Part shown: piece by piece, positions 19,363 to 28,270 of the stretch
How the letters are laid out: each line of letters starts with the position of its first letter
Numbering within the stretch: position 1 is the stretch's first letter
From: a virus
Lineage: Duplodnaviria; Caudoviricetes
Direction: 5' to 3' (one strand)
DNA length: 64,000 nucleotides
Virus record (IMG/VR): IMGVR_UViG_3300020577_005315
Coordinates: 29,521-93,520 of that record
Notes under the pieces: generated by a model
Database searches by the model: none
What the model saw: the letters and a program-made list of their open reading frames with translations, nothing else
Told to the model about the DNA's origin: nothing
Made by a program: the position numbers and the translations under genes

Positions 19363-19632
19363 ATGACCCTGACCCTCGACGCGGACTCGTTGGCCACCCT
19401 GGCGGGCAACCAGGCTCTGGTCAACGAGTTCCCCTTTCTCCGCCAGCTCAACAACAAGCCCCAGCCCGGGTGTTGCGGCAAACCGGGCGCTTCCGTTGAC
19501 TACAGGTCGGTCGTCAACGGAATCATGAACCTGCCGCCTGACCGTAAGATTGTGTTCAAGCAACTGACGGGGGCGTCGACCGTGTCTGCGCGAGTGGTTC
19601 GTGCAGCTCAGGTCGTCGTCCTCGAATTTTAG
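19363..19632 (+). CDS. hypothetical protein
   Basis: ATG 19363 with SD GAGG; contains GCCGK. Confidence 0.6.
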   Translation: MTLTLDADSLATLAGNQALVNEFPFLRQLNNKPQPGCCGKPGASVDYRSVVNGIMNLPPDRKIVFKQLTGASTVSARVVRAAQVVVLEF

Positions 19633-19641
19633 GGATGAGCA

Positions 19642-20025
19642 ATGTCCGAGACGACCGCAACCAAGCCCTACGCCTTCGACGTCCGTCGGTGCCTCGCCCC
19701 GGGGGCTGACCGCGACAACACGAACGCCGCGTGGATCGCCGTCTGCGCCATTAACCGGGACGACCTGGCCGACAACATGGACGTGCTGACCGACGCCGTC
19801 AACTTCGCGCGCCGGCGCTTCCGTATGGACTCCCACGCCGGGTACGACAAGGCTGTCGGGCCCACGCCGGACGACGGTCACGTGAAGGCTCCACTCATCC
19901 AGGACACGTTCGCCGCCGGCCCGACGACGGCTGCCGAGTACCTGCAGTCCGCCGCCGAGCAGAACGTGGCCAGCCGGGCCGGCGTCATGAAGGGGTACAT
20001 CCTGTATGTCCGAGTCACCACCTAA
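19642..20025 (+). CDS. hypothetical protein
   Basis: 127 aa ORF, strong GC3 codon bias. Confidence 0.65.
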   Translation: MSETTATKPYAFDVRRCLAPGADRDNTNAAWIAVCAINRDDLADNMDVLTDAVNFARRRFRMDSHAGYDKAVGPTPDDGHVKAPLIQDTFAAGPTTAAEYLQSAAEQNVASRAGVMKGYILYVRVTT

Positions 20026-20518
20026 CCTGACGGTCGATCAAGTTTACAACGGGTGGACGAGCGACCCCGACTCGATCCACCCGTCCTACCGTAACAAGGC
20101 GTTCCGTAAGCGTACAGTCGCCGCCTGCGGCGGGGACGCCAAGGTCGCCGCCAACCCGCTACGCCTGTGGACGCCGCTGGTGGCGACCAGGATGATCCCG
20201 GAGCACTGCTTCGAGTCCGTCTACGAGTGGCTCGAGACGCTGCCGGACACGGTGTGGGACGAACTACTACAGTACGTCGAACGCGGTGCAGCTTGCACTT
20301 TGATCGTGTTCGGCGGCCGTTATCTGACCCTGTCCCTGGTCGGGTCCGTGTTCGACGTGGAGACGTGTGGGCTGAGTCACAGTTTACCTACCGACTGGTG
20401 GGAAGCTAAGATGATCAACCTGACGACGTTGTACCACGCCAGCAAGGACAGGGCCGGAAAATGGACGCAGCCGCCGGATCAATCTGGGCCGACCCCGACA
20501 CCCCGGCCGCGTGCCTGA
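20006..20518 (+). CDS. hypothetical protein
   Basis: 170 aa ORF in operon-like packing. Confidence 0.55.
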   Translation: MSESPPNLTVDQVYNGWTSDPDSIHPSYRNKAFRKRTVAACGGDAKVAANPLRLWTPLVATRMIPEHCFESVYEWLETLPDTVWDELLQYVERGAACTLIVFGGRYLTLSLVGSVFDVETCGLSHSLPTDWWEAKMINLTTLYHASKDRAGKWTQPPDQSGPTPTPRPRA

Positions 20519-21135
20519 TCTACCTGGTAGCCGACCGGTACGGGGTGGAGGGCTTACACTGGCTCCCTACGACGGTGTTCGAACACGTCGAGATGGACAC
20601 CAAGGTTAAGCCTAACCCTCGTGCCAAGGACAAGTACGGGGCGGCCCTCGTCCGCCTCCTCAACCCCGACGAGTTCTTCTCTTCGGCCGCCGGGTTCCGG
20701 ACGATCTGTCAGGGCCTGGCGGCCGACTGGTTTGACACCCACATCGAGCAGCCGCTCACGCCTGAAGAGATCGGTCTGGGGATCCTGGAAGCGTGGATGA
20801 TCGCCGCCCCTGACCCCAAAGTCGGCGAGGATTTCTCCGTCACCGTCACCCGGATGATCAACTGGGTGTTCCGGAACGCCGGTTACAACCGTCTTCCCAC
20901 CTCGATCCAGGCGTTCGGCGTCAAGCACGACCCCGGCGTCAACTGGGGGGCCGACCTGTCCGAAGACCCGGACTTGATCATGGACGCTCAGGCGGGGGCG
21001 GAGCGAAGCGAAGAGGACTTCAACAACTTCATGCGCGACAAGGTGACGGAGATGGCCGACTACCTCGACCGTCTCCCGCTACGGAAGACCAATGCCAAGG
21101 ACATTGCAGAGGAACTGCGTAGAAGCGTGAGGTAG
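20461..21135 (+). CDS. hypothetical protein
   Basis: 224 aa ORF with coding-like codon bias. Confidence 0.65.
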   Translation: MDAAAGSIWADPDTPAACLIYLVADRYGVEGLHWLPTTVFEHVEMDTKVKPNPRAKDKYGAALVRLLNPDEFFSSAAGFRTICQGLAADWFDTHIEQPLTPEEIGLGILEAWMIAAPDPKVGEDFSVTVTRMINWVFRNAGYNRLPTSIQAFGVKHDPGVNWGADLSEDPDLIMDAQAGAERSEEDFNNFMRDKVTEMADYLDRLPLRKTNAKDIAEELRRSVR

Positions 21136-21136
21136 C

Positions 21137-22210
21137 ATGTCAGCGTTCAAGGACTATCTACGCCGACTCTACACGACCGACCCGACTAACTTGGCCAAGT
21201 ACGCGTCCGCCAACATCGTTTACCTCCGGGTCGCCCGGCGGATGTGGCGGGGCGTAAAGCGCATCTCGTCCGCCAAGGTGACGGCGGACGACTACGCGGT
21301 GGACGACGAGAGCGTTACCAACCCGAGCTGGAAGCTCTGCCCGCGTGAGATGCGGAAGGAGTTCCAGGCGCTGTCGGATCAGACCGACATCACCGTCGAG
21401 CGGTTTTGCTACGGCAGTCAACTCACCACGGGCCCGGATCAGGAGGAGGGCGTGAGCGCCCTATCGATCCTGACCGGCGGCGGTAGGTACGCGGTGGACG
21501 TCGGCTACTGGCCGATGCTCCAAATGCGCCTGGCCTTCATCGAGGAGCAGTGGAACGCCGCCGCCGACCTGTGGTGTTCGGAGGAGGGCTACAAGCGGAT
21601 CCACTTCCTACTCGAGGAGGAGCGGGGTAAGAACACGTACGAGAAGATCAAGGAGCACATCCCTGACCGTCACACGCTTAGGACGAAGTTCTCGTACTCC
21701 GTCCGCCGCGCCCCCGTCGTGTTCATCGAAGACCGAAACGTCCCCCAAGACGTCGAAGACGGTCGTCGAGACGAGCTGGTGGAGCTGATCGACACGGCCG
21801 TCCGTCAACCCCGCGAACAGCTTGCCCAGGCCGTACAGGACGTCTGCGACCGCCTCGTCGTGTTCGACGGTGTGCGGCTCCATGCCCTACAGGCGACACG
21901 CGTAACCAGGAACGGTAAGACTACGGAGTCACCCCGCTCTGTCCGCGGCACTACGCTCACCAACCTCAAAGAACAGCTCAACAACACACAGAAAATCGAA
22001 CGGTACATTAACTCAGAGTTTCGTTACAAAATCCAACTGTTAAACCAGGAGCTTCCGGACGCCCCCGACGCCGCGTCGGAGGTCGCGAAGAAGTTGAACT
22101 ATGACGACGCAGAGGCCGTGAGGCTCGGTGGGATTATGCGGGACTTGGTCGCCGCTGCCCGGGACGAGTCTGGGATGTGTGCCGGATTCTCCGCCGCCGT
22201 CGCGCGGTAG
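21137..22210 (+). CDS. hypothetical protein, possibly DUF3150-like (MoxR/vWA-associated)
   Basis: 357 aa, helical; N-terminal YLRVARRMWRGVKRI pattern and proximity to the MoxR/vWA pair. Confidence 0.45.
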   Translation: MSAFKDYLRRLYTTDPTNLAKYASANIVYLRVARRMWRGVKRISSAKVTADDYAVDDESVTNPSWKLCPREMRKEFQALSDQTDITVERFCYGSQLTTGPDQEEGVSALSILTGGGRYAVDVGYWPMLQMRLAFIEEQWNAAADLWCSEEGYKRIHFLLEEERGKNTYEKIKEHIPDRHTLRTKFSYSVRRAPVVFIEDRNVPQDVEDGRRDELVELIDTAVRQPREQLAQAVQDVCDRLVVFDGVRLHALQATRVTRNGKTTESPRSVRGTTLTNLKEQLNNTQKIERYINSEFRYKIQLLNQELPDAPDAASEVAKKLNYDDAEAVRLGGIMRDLVAAARDESGMCAGFSAAVAR

Positions 22211-22237
22211 GAGACCCGACGTAAGTTTGGAGTCGAC

Positions 22238-23048
<811 letters not shown>

Positions 23049-23050
23049 CA

Positions 23051-23084
23051 AGAAACCCCGCCAACTCGGCGGGGTTTTCTTTTT
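23051..23084. terminator. bidirectional intrinsic terminator between convergent genes
   Basis: AGAAACCCCGCC-aactc-GGCGGGGTTTTCTTTTT. Confidence 0.85.
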
Positions 23085-24603
23085 AGCTGTTGGCGACCTC
23101 TTCCCAGTTCACAGGCGGCCTGGGTGCGTACCCGGCGGGCACTACGCCCCTGGACTGCAGGAGTCGCTCCACCGTCGCTCCGTACTTCTCGCTCTGCAAC
23201 ATCTCGGCCTTCTTCTCTCGGCTCACGATCGGGCCGCAGTCAAGCAGGTCCGAGCACAGGTCGTCCGGAAGGTCGTCCAGGCTGTCGCGGGTGTACCAGT
23301 TGCCGCTCTCGGCCTGAATCACGCCGGCGAGCTTGGCACGTGCAGTAGACGGCGTATCACCGATGATCCCGTCGGCCGGGTCGCCGTACATCTTCATGCC
23401 GTACTTGGCGTCTAGCTGCTTGAGCAGGTCGGCCAGTTCAGCGACCGACTTGAACGACCCGACCGTCTCGACATGACCGGAGTCGGATGCCAGCTTCACA
23501 GCCTGCTGTGCCTCCTCTTCCTTCTTCTTCTGGTTTTGGTGCTGGTTGTAGAGGTGGGCAGCGCCTGCGCCAAGCCCGAAGGCACCTAATCCGACCGCAC
23601 CGGGGATTGCGTATTGCGACCAGTCGGGGCCGGTTGCCGTCGGTACAGGCGGCGGTACAGGCGGCGGTACGGGCTCAGGGTTCGGAAGTACCGAGCTTGC
23701 AGCCGCAGGGTTGATAGGTTTAGGTCTTGGCATTGCAGCCATCATACGCTCGAGCCAACCACTGCCGTCGTACCCCCCACCTACACCTTTATGTACGCCG
23801 GGCTGGTTGGCGTCGACCCACTCTTGGTGTATACCAGGTGGACCGAGTTTGTCGAGCACGTTGATCTCCTTGGGCGCAACAGAATCAGCGCCGGCCCCGA
23901 ACTCTAGGCCCTTAGGTAGCCCCACCCAATCCTCAGCCCGCTTGATCTCAGCCTTCAGCCCAGTCAGGATCTGTTCGACCTCCTTCAGCCCACGTTCCTG
24001 CGCGTACTTGACGCGCATGTCGAACTCGAGCTCCCACTGCGGGTGCAACATCGCTTGGCCGGCTTCAGCCTCAAGTCGGTGTAGGGCGTCCGGCGAGACG
24101 GCCCCGGGATGACGTTCGGCGGCCTTGACCAGGTTGTCGGCAAACGTCATCCGCTCATCCGGGTCGAAGTCGCTGGCGTACTTACGGAAGTACTCCGCGG
24201 CGATCTTGGTCTGGTACTCGGAGTCGAGCGGGTACTTCTGAGCCTCGGGCAGTCCCCAGTGCTGGACGCCGGCAACGGTCTCAGCGGCGGGCCGGGCCTT
24301 GGAAAGCCGATCCCACTCGCCACCAATGCCGTGGTACTCGCACGCCTTTTTGATATAATCGCCCGTAGTTTTGCACTCCGATCGACCGGCGTGGTACGCT
24401 GCCGCCGACACCCAAGCAGCGGTCTTGTTGTGAACCGGGTAGGTGCGGGTTGAGTCGGCGAAGTTCACGGCGATGTTCGGGACGTCGACGACCTCTTCCA
24501 GGTTGCCTTCCAACACGTCGTCCGGCGCGGCGTACTTCTGGAGCAAGGAGAGCACCTTCGCGCCGGTACTGTCGGTCAGGGGCCCAGGGGCAAGGAAATT
24601 CAT
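23083..24603 (-). CDS. hypothetical protein, possibly head-associated
   Basis: 506 aa; duplicated YP motif (TYPVHN / KYPLDS); internal Pro-rich and Gly-zipper hydrophobic segment. Confidence 0.7.
   Translation of the reverse strand: MNFLAPGPLTDSTGAKVLSLLQKYAAPDDVLEGNLEEVVDVPNIAVNFADSTRTYPVHNKTAAWVSAAAYHAGRSECKTTGDYIKKACEYHGIGGEWDRLSKARPAAETVAGVQHWGLPEAQKYPLDSEYQTKIAAEYFRKYASDFDPDERMTFADNLVKAAERHPGAVSPDALHRLEAEAGQAMLHPQWELEFDMRVKYAQERGLKEVEQILTGLKAEIKRAEDWVGLPKGLEFGAGADSVAPKEINVLDKLGPPGIHQEWVDANQPGVHKGVGGGYDGSGWLERMMAAMPRPKPINPAAASSVLPNPEPVPPPVPPPVPTATGPDWSQYAIPGAVGLGAFGLGAGAAHLYNQHQNQKKKEEEAQQAVKLASDSGHVETVGSFKSVAELADLLKQLDAKYGMKMYGDPADGIIGDTPSTARAKLAGVIQAESGNWYTRDSLDDLPDDLCSDLLDCGPIVSREKKAEMLQSEKYGATVERLLQSRGVVPAGYAPRPPVNWEEVANS
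23641..23670. repeat. 12-bp tandem repeat (2.5 copies) encoding PVPP units
   Basis: CGGTACAGGCGG x2 + CGGTAC. Confidence 0.8.
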
Positions 24604-24637
24604 GATCAGTCTCCGTTCCAGGTGGCCGTCGGCCGCG

Positions 24638-26176
24638 ATGAGCTGCTTCGACTATTTTAGCAAAATCGAGGGCGTAGAGGAGGGGACGCCGTCGATCTTA
24701 CCGTGTCACAGTTGTAGGTCGAAGTCTGCCGTCGCCGTCGTGCTCCAGGACGATGTCGGGTATTGGGTACGGTGCACCGCGTGTCAGTGGGAGGGGGACC
24801 TGTTCCAACACGCCTCGAACTTCGTTCGGTCGCAGCAGTCTCAATCCGACGAGCCGCTGTCGACCGACGAGTGTATCAAACACTTACGGTCGTTGGGAGT
24901 TAAATTCCGACGGGGGTGTACGGCTAAACGTGTGACTCAAAGCTATCTGAGGCACGTTAAGGCGCGACAGGCGTTCCTGAACCTACAGGCCGCCATGAAG
25001 AAGCGGGCGGTGTCCAAGATCAATACCCCGGCCGTCGCGTACTACAACCTACAACTCAACCCGCACGTCGCTGATATGTGGTGGTGTGCCAGTCCGGCTG
25101 AGGTCAACTCCTACCTGTTCAGACACACCGACAACGAAACGCACTTTGCACGGACAGCCGGCTGCATCACCGGCGAGGACCGTCAGATTCCGACGGTCGT
25201 CGCACCCTACTTTGACGCCATCGACAGACTGGTGGCTGTGGCCCTACCAGCGTGGAATCAGTTTAACAGTTGGGTCACACGTTGCCTGCCTGCGGGCGGC
25301 AGCGGCGTCGCGTTCCGCAGGGCCGCTGGGTTCAAGTGTGCAGCGTGGGGAGATGAGGGGAAGATCTGCACTGAGCCAGCCGTCCCGCTGTTGATGCAGG
25401 CGCACAACGCGAGCAGCAACATCTCCCTCCTGCCGATGGTCGCCGTCATCGATCCGAGCACGCCGAGGGAGGTGGCGTCGATCAAGAAGAATCTACCCAG
25501 AAAGAACTGGACCATCCTCCACACGCCGGAAGCCCCGGTGTCGACGTACTACTTCGCCCGCACCCTGAACGTCGATCTCGAGCGTGTCGAACCGGTAGAT
25601 CTACGTAACCGCAGGTTCAATCGAGTTATTCGTCGGACGTGGGTGGAATCGATGGCGGAGAGAACGCTACAGCACCTCAGGTCGGGGTCGACCCAGAAGG
25701 AGGTGTTAATCAAGTCGTCCCCGTTCGGCCAGTGGACCGACGACGTCATCGAACGTGTCGGTAAGTACTTGCCGAAGATGGAGTACGACGACCTCAAGCT
25801 GTTGCTGGCGAAAACGGTGCACCACAGGCGGGCCCGCGTATCGCCCGAGGTGACTATCGTTGAGACGCCGGCCGGATGGCTGTGGGACGAGCAGCAGCAG
25901 ATCGTCGCCACCACGTACCCGGTGAACGTTCAGGCTTATACTCGAGGACGCAAGGTCAGGCACAAAGGCGAGGTGTGCGTGACGCACAACGGGAAGATCG
26001 TGGCGTTGGTTCCGTTCGACTCAGGTCGGTTCCGTAAAGACCCCGTAGCGGTTATGGAGACGGCTGTGATGAGGAAGTCCCTGGAAGACGGCCGTCTGTC
26101 CAGGGACTACTGCAAAGAACCGGAACCGATCATCGCCAACCACGTCGCGCGGATCGCGATGTTCTTTAGCCGTTAA
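24638..26176 (+). CDS. hypothetical protein with N-terminal primase-like zinc-binding domain
   Basis: ATG 24638 avoids overlap with the divergent gene; PCHSC...WVRCTACQWEGDLF. Confidence 0.55.
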   Translation: MSCFDYFSKIEGVEEGTPSILPCHSCRSKSAVAVVLQDDVGYWVRCTACQWEGDLFQHASNFVRSQQSQSDEPLSTDECIKHLRSLGVKFRRGCTAKRVTQSYLRHVKARQAFLNLQAAMKKRAVSKINTPAVAYYNLQLNPHVADMWWCASPAEVNSYLFRHTDNETHFARTAGCITGEDRQIPTVVAPYFDAIDRLVAVALPAWNQFNSWVTRCLPAGGSGVAFRRAAGFKCAAWGDEGKICTEPAVPLLMQAHNASSNISLLPMVAVIDPSTPREVASIKKNLPRKNWTILHTPEAPVSTYYFARTLNVDLERVEPVDLRNRRFNRVIRRTWVESMAERTLQHLRSGSTQKEVLIKSSPFGQWTDDVIERVGKYLPKMEYDDLKLLLAKTVHHRRARVSPEVTIVETPAGWLWDEQQQIVATTYPVNVQAYTRGRKVRHKGEVCVTHNGKIVALVPFDSGRFRKDPVAVMETAVMRKSLEDGRLSRDYCKEPEPIIANHVARIAMFFSR

Positions 26177-27876
26177 TACCTAGGGTCGGGCGGCGTCGGA
26201 GCGTTGACCAGCGACGGCCACCGGCATGTGTATTCCCAGAGGCAGGCGGCGGCGTAGTTGACGGCAGCCGTGAAGTCATCGGACACGTGCTCGCTGCTGC
26301 GCCGGATGCGGAACGTACCGCCAGTGGGTGTGTCGACGCGGTCCTCGACGAGTGAGATGAAGTCCCACAGAAGGCCGGGTTGGTTGTCGTCCACGTAGTC
26401 GTACTGGAAGAACTTAACCTTGCCCTGTTTAATGGCCTCGCACAAGAACTGCAGCGTCTGAGCCTTGTGCATGACGTAGTAGGTACGCTGGCGGCTGGCG
26501 GTGCCGACGCGTTTCTCAACCATCCCGCCGCCGGTGACGCCCTGGTACGCCATAGGCACGATGCGCTCGGCCGGCCACCCCATGTACGTCAGGGCCGACT
26601 CGGACGCGGTGCCGATACCACCCTGGATGTCGTGGGCGATCAGGTGGGCCCCACACGTCTGGGCGATCTGCGCAATCTTCTTGGCCTCACCGACGCGGTC
26701 CGTCGACGGCTCAAACTGGAACCCGTAGAAGACTTCGGCCGACCCATCTGGGCCCAGACCAACGGCAGCGCCTTTGGTACGGCTCACACCCTCGTCACCG
26801 CCGCCGCCCCAGTCGATCCCCAGGACGACCATCGAGTAACGTCGACCCCGGGACCGGGCCTCTTCGATCGTGTTGGGGCCCAACGTGGCGGCGCGTTTCA
26901 GGTCGTCGATGGACACCAACTTGTACGCGCTGTCCCACGCCTCACCCAAACACTCATTATAGAATTTGGCGGTCGTGTACCCCTGTCGGCCGTCGCGGTA
27001 CGACAGGAACAGCTTCCACTTCTGCGGTTGGGCGTAGTGGAACGGGAAGATAATCTGCGGGGCGTAGAACCCGAGGACGTCGCGCTTACGCTCCGGATAG
27101 CGGTGGACCCACCGGCCTAGACGCGGCCTAACAGGCTTCTGACACCGGTGACATACCGTCCCGGGCTCGAACTCCGAGATGTCGTCCCGATACTCACCTA
27201 TCATGGAGATCAAGTGGCCTTCGGGCTCCAGGCAGCAGATGTTGTCGAATCCGCAGTGGTGGCACTTGACCTGCCAGACGCCCTGACTGGACGTGAGCCA
27301 GGTTCGTTCCAAGTACGTGTCCAACGTCTTGCTGGTGCCGCTGACCCACGTGCTCGGCGTCTTGCACGCACTCATGGTCTGACTGAGCACGGGTAAGTGT
27401 GCGGAGTCCATGTCCTGCGCCTCGTCGACGAACAGGACGTGGGCCGTCTTGGACCGTGTGCGCTCGGTGTCAGCCAGGGCGTACGTGAAGAACACCATAG
27501 ACCCGTTGGCGAAGCTGCGCCTGCGGACGTTGCCGACGGTGTTCGTCTCGCACAGCATCGACCGGATCGGGCTGTCCTCGATCATCGGTTTGAAGATGGT
27601 GGACGACAGGGTGTCGCTCTGTTCCTGGCGCGGGACGACGACGAGGACCTTGCGGCCCTCGATCATGGCGCACTCGAGAATCAGTCGGCCGATGATGGAC
27701 CGCGTCTTCCCGATCTGTCGGCTACTGCGGTGGACCACAAGCGGCGATATGGACGTCGAGAACACCTCGTCAAACGGGAAGTGGTCGTCCAGCCGCATGG
27801 GGGCGCGGTCGATGGTCAAGAGCTGCGGGAGGTAGGGAACCAGGTTACGGACTTTTCCGCTCTCGTCGAGCTGCAC
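26173..27876 (-). CDS. terL: terminase large subunit
   Basis: Walker A SRQIGKT, Walker B LFVDEAQD, SGT coupling motif, CHHC/CHRC zinc knuckle (lambda gpA-like), FYNECLGEAW, nuclease LGIDWG. Confidence 0.88.
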   Translation of the reverse strand: MQLDESGKVRNLVPYLPQLLTIDRAPMRLDDHFPFDEVFSTSISPLVVHRSSRQIGKTRSIIGRLILECAMIEGRKVLVVVPRQEQSDTLSSTIFKPMIEDSPIRSMLCETNTVGNVRRRSFANGSMVFFTYALADTERTRSKTAHVLFVDEAQDMDSAHLPVLSQTMSACKTPSTWVSGTSKTLDTYLERTWLTSSQGVWQVKCHHCGFDNICCLEPEGHLISMIGEYRDDISEFEPGTVCHRCQKPVRPRLGRWVHRYPERKRDVLGFYAPQIIFPFHYAQPQKWKLFLSYRDGRQGYTTAKFYNECLGEAWDSAYKLVSIDDLKRAATLGPNTIEEARSRGRRYSMVVLGIDWGGGGDEGVSRTKGAAVGLGPDGSAEVFYGFQFEPSTDRVGEAKKIAQIAQTCGAHLIAHDIQGGIGTASESALTYMGWPAERIVPMAYQGVTGGGMVEKRVGTASRQRTYYVMHKAQTLQFLCEAIKQGKVKFFQYDYVDDNQPGLLWDFISLVEDRVDTPTGGTFRIRRSSEHVSDDFTAAVNYAAACLWEYTCRWPSLVNAPTPPDPRY

Positions 27877-27880
27877 GGGC

Positions 27881-27918
27881 TAAACTCTCATCGGGAAACC
27901 GTCAATATTACGACGGTG
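27881..27918 (+). promoter_or_regulatory. candidate phage-sigma promoter TAAA-N15-CGTCAATATTA within a CCGTC..GACGG dyad between divergent genes
   Basis: Fixed-spacing motif; the - strand also reads CGTCGTAATATT towards terL. Confidence 0.5.
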
Positions 27919-27930
27919 GCATAACAGTTT

Positions 27931-28158
27931 GTGTTCAGTGTAAGTGGTGTGTTGCAGATGTACTATGGCAGAATGATCATCGGCCAGCCCGACGATCAAG
28001 TGTTTCACCAGTGCACTACCACGCAAGTTCAAGCGGTTACAGCTTGTCTCGCCCTAGTTGGCCTTCTGTCTTACCTGGACGACGGCACCAGGGGCGGACT
28101 GATCGGGGCTCTCGTCTTCTTCCTGTTCTTCGTCTACCACTCCAGGGACAAGTCTTGA
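27931..28158 (+). CDS. small membrane protein
   Basis: Two hydrophobic segments (AVTACLALVGLLSY; GLIGALVFFLFFVY); start uncertain. Confidence 0.5.
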   Translation: MFSVSGVLQMYYGRMIIGQPDDQVFHQCTTTQVQAVTACLALVGLLSYLDDGTRGGLIGALVFFLFFVYHSRDKS

Positions 28159-28162
28159 GGCG

Positions 28163-28191
28163 TTGACTCGGTGCGCTCACGCAACTAGAGT
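28163..28191 (+). promoter_or_regulatory. sigma70-like promoter upstream of nrdJ
   Basis: TTGACT-N17-TAGAGT. Confidence 0.5.
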
Positions 28192-28270
28192 CACCCCTCC
28201 TACCTGAAGTCGGCTGGGAGTCGTTCCCGGCCTCGGTACAACGTCGGAACAAGAGTCGGTATAAGTCAAG

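Noticed and set aside
28192-28270. Cobalamin riboswitch or NrdR box upstream of nrdJ
   Set aside because: The leader is only about 80 nt with one small hairpin (GGCTGGGA/TCCCGGCC); no B12-box or NrdR-box consensus recognised.
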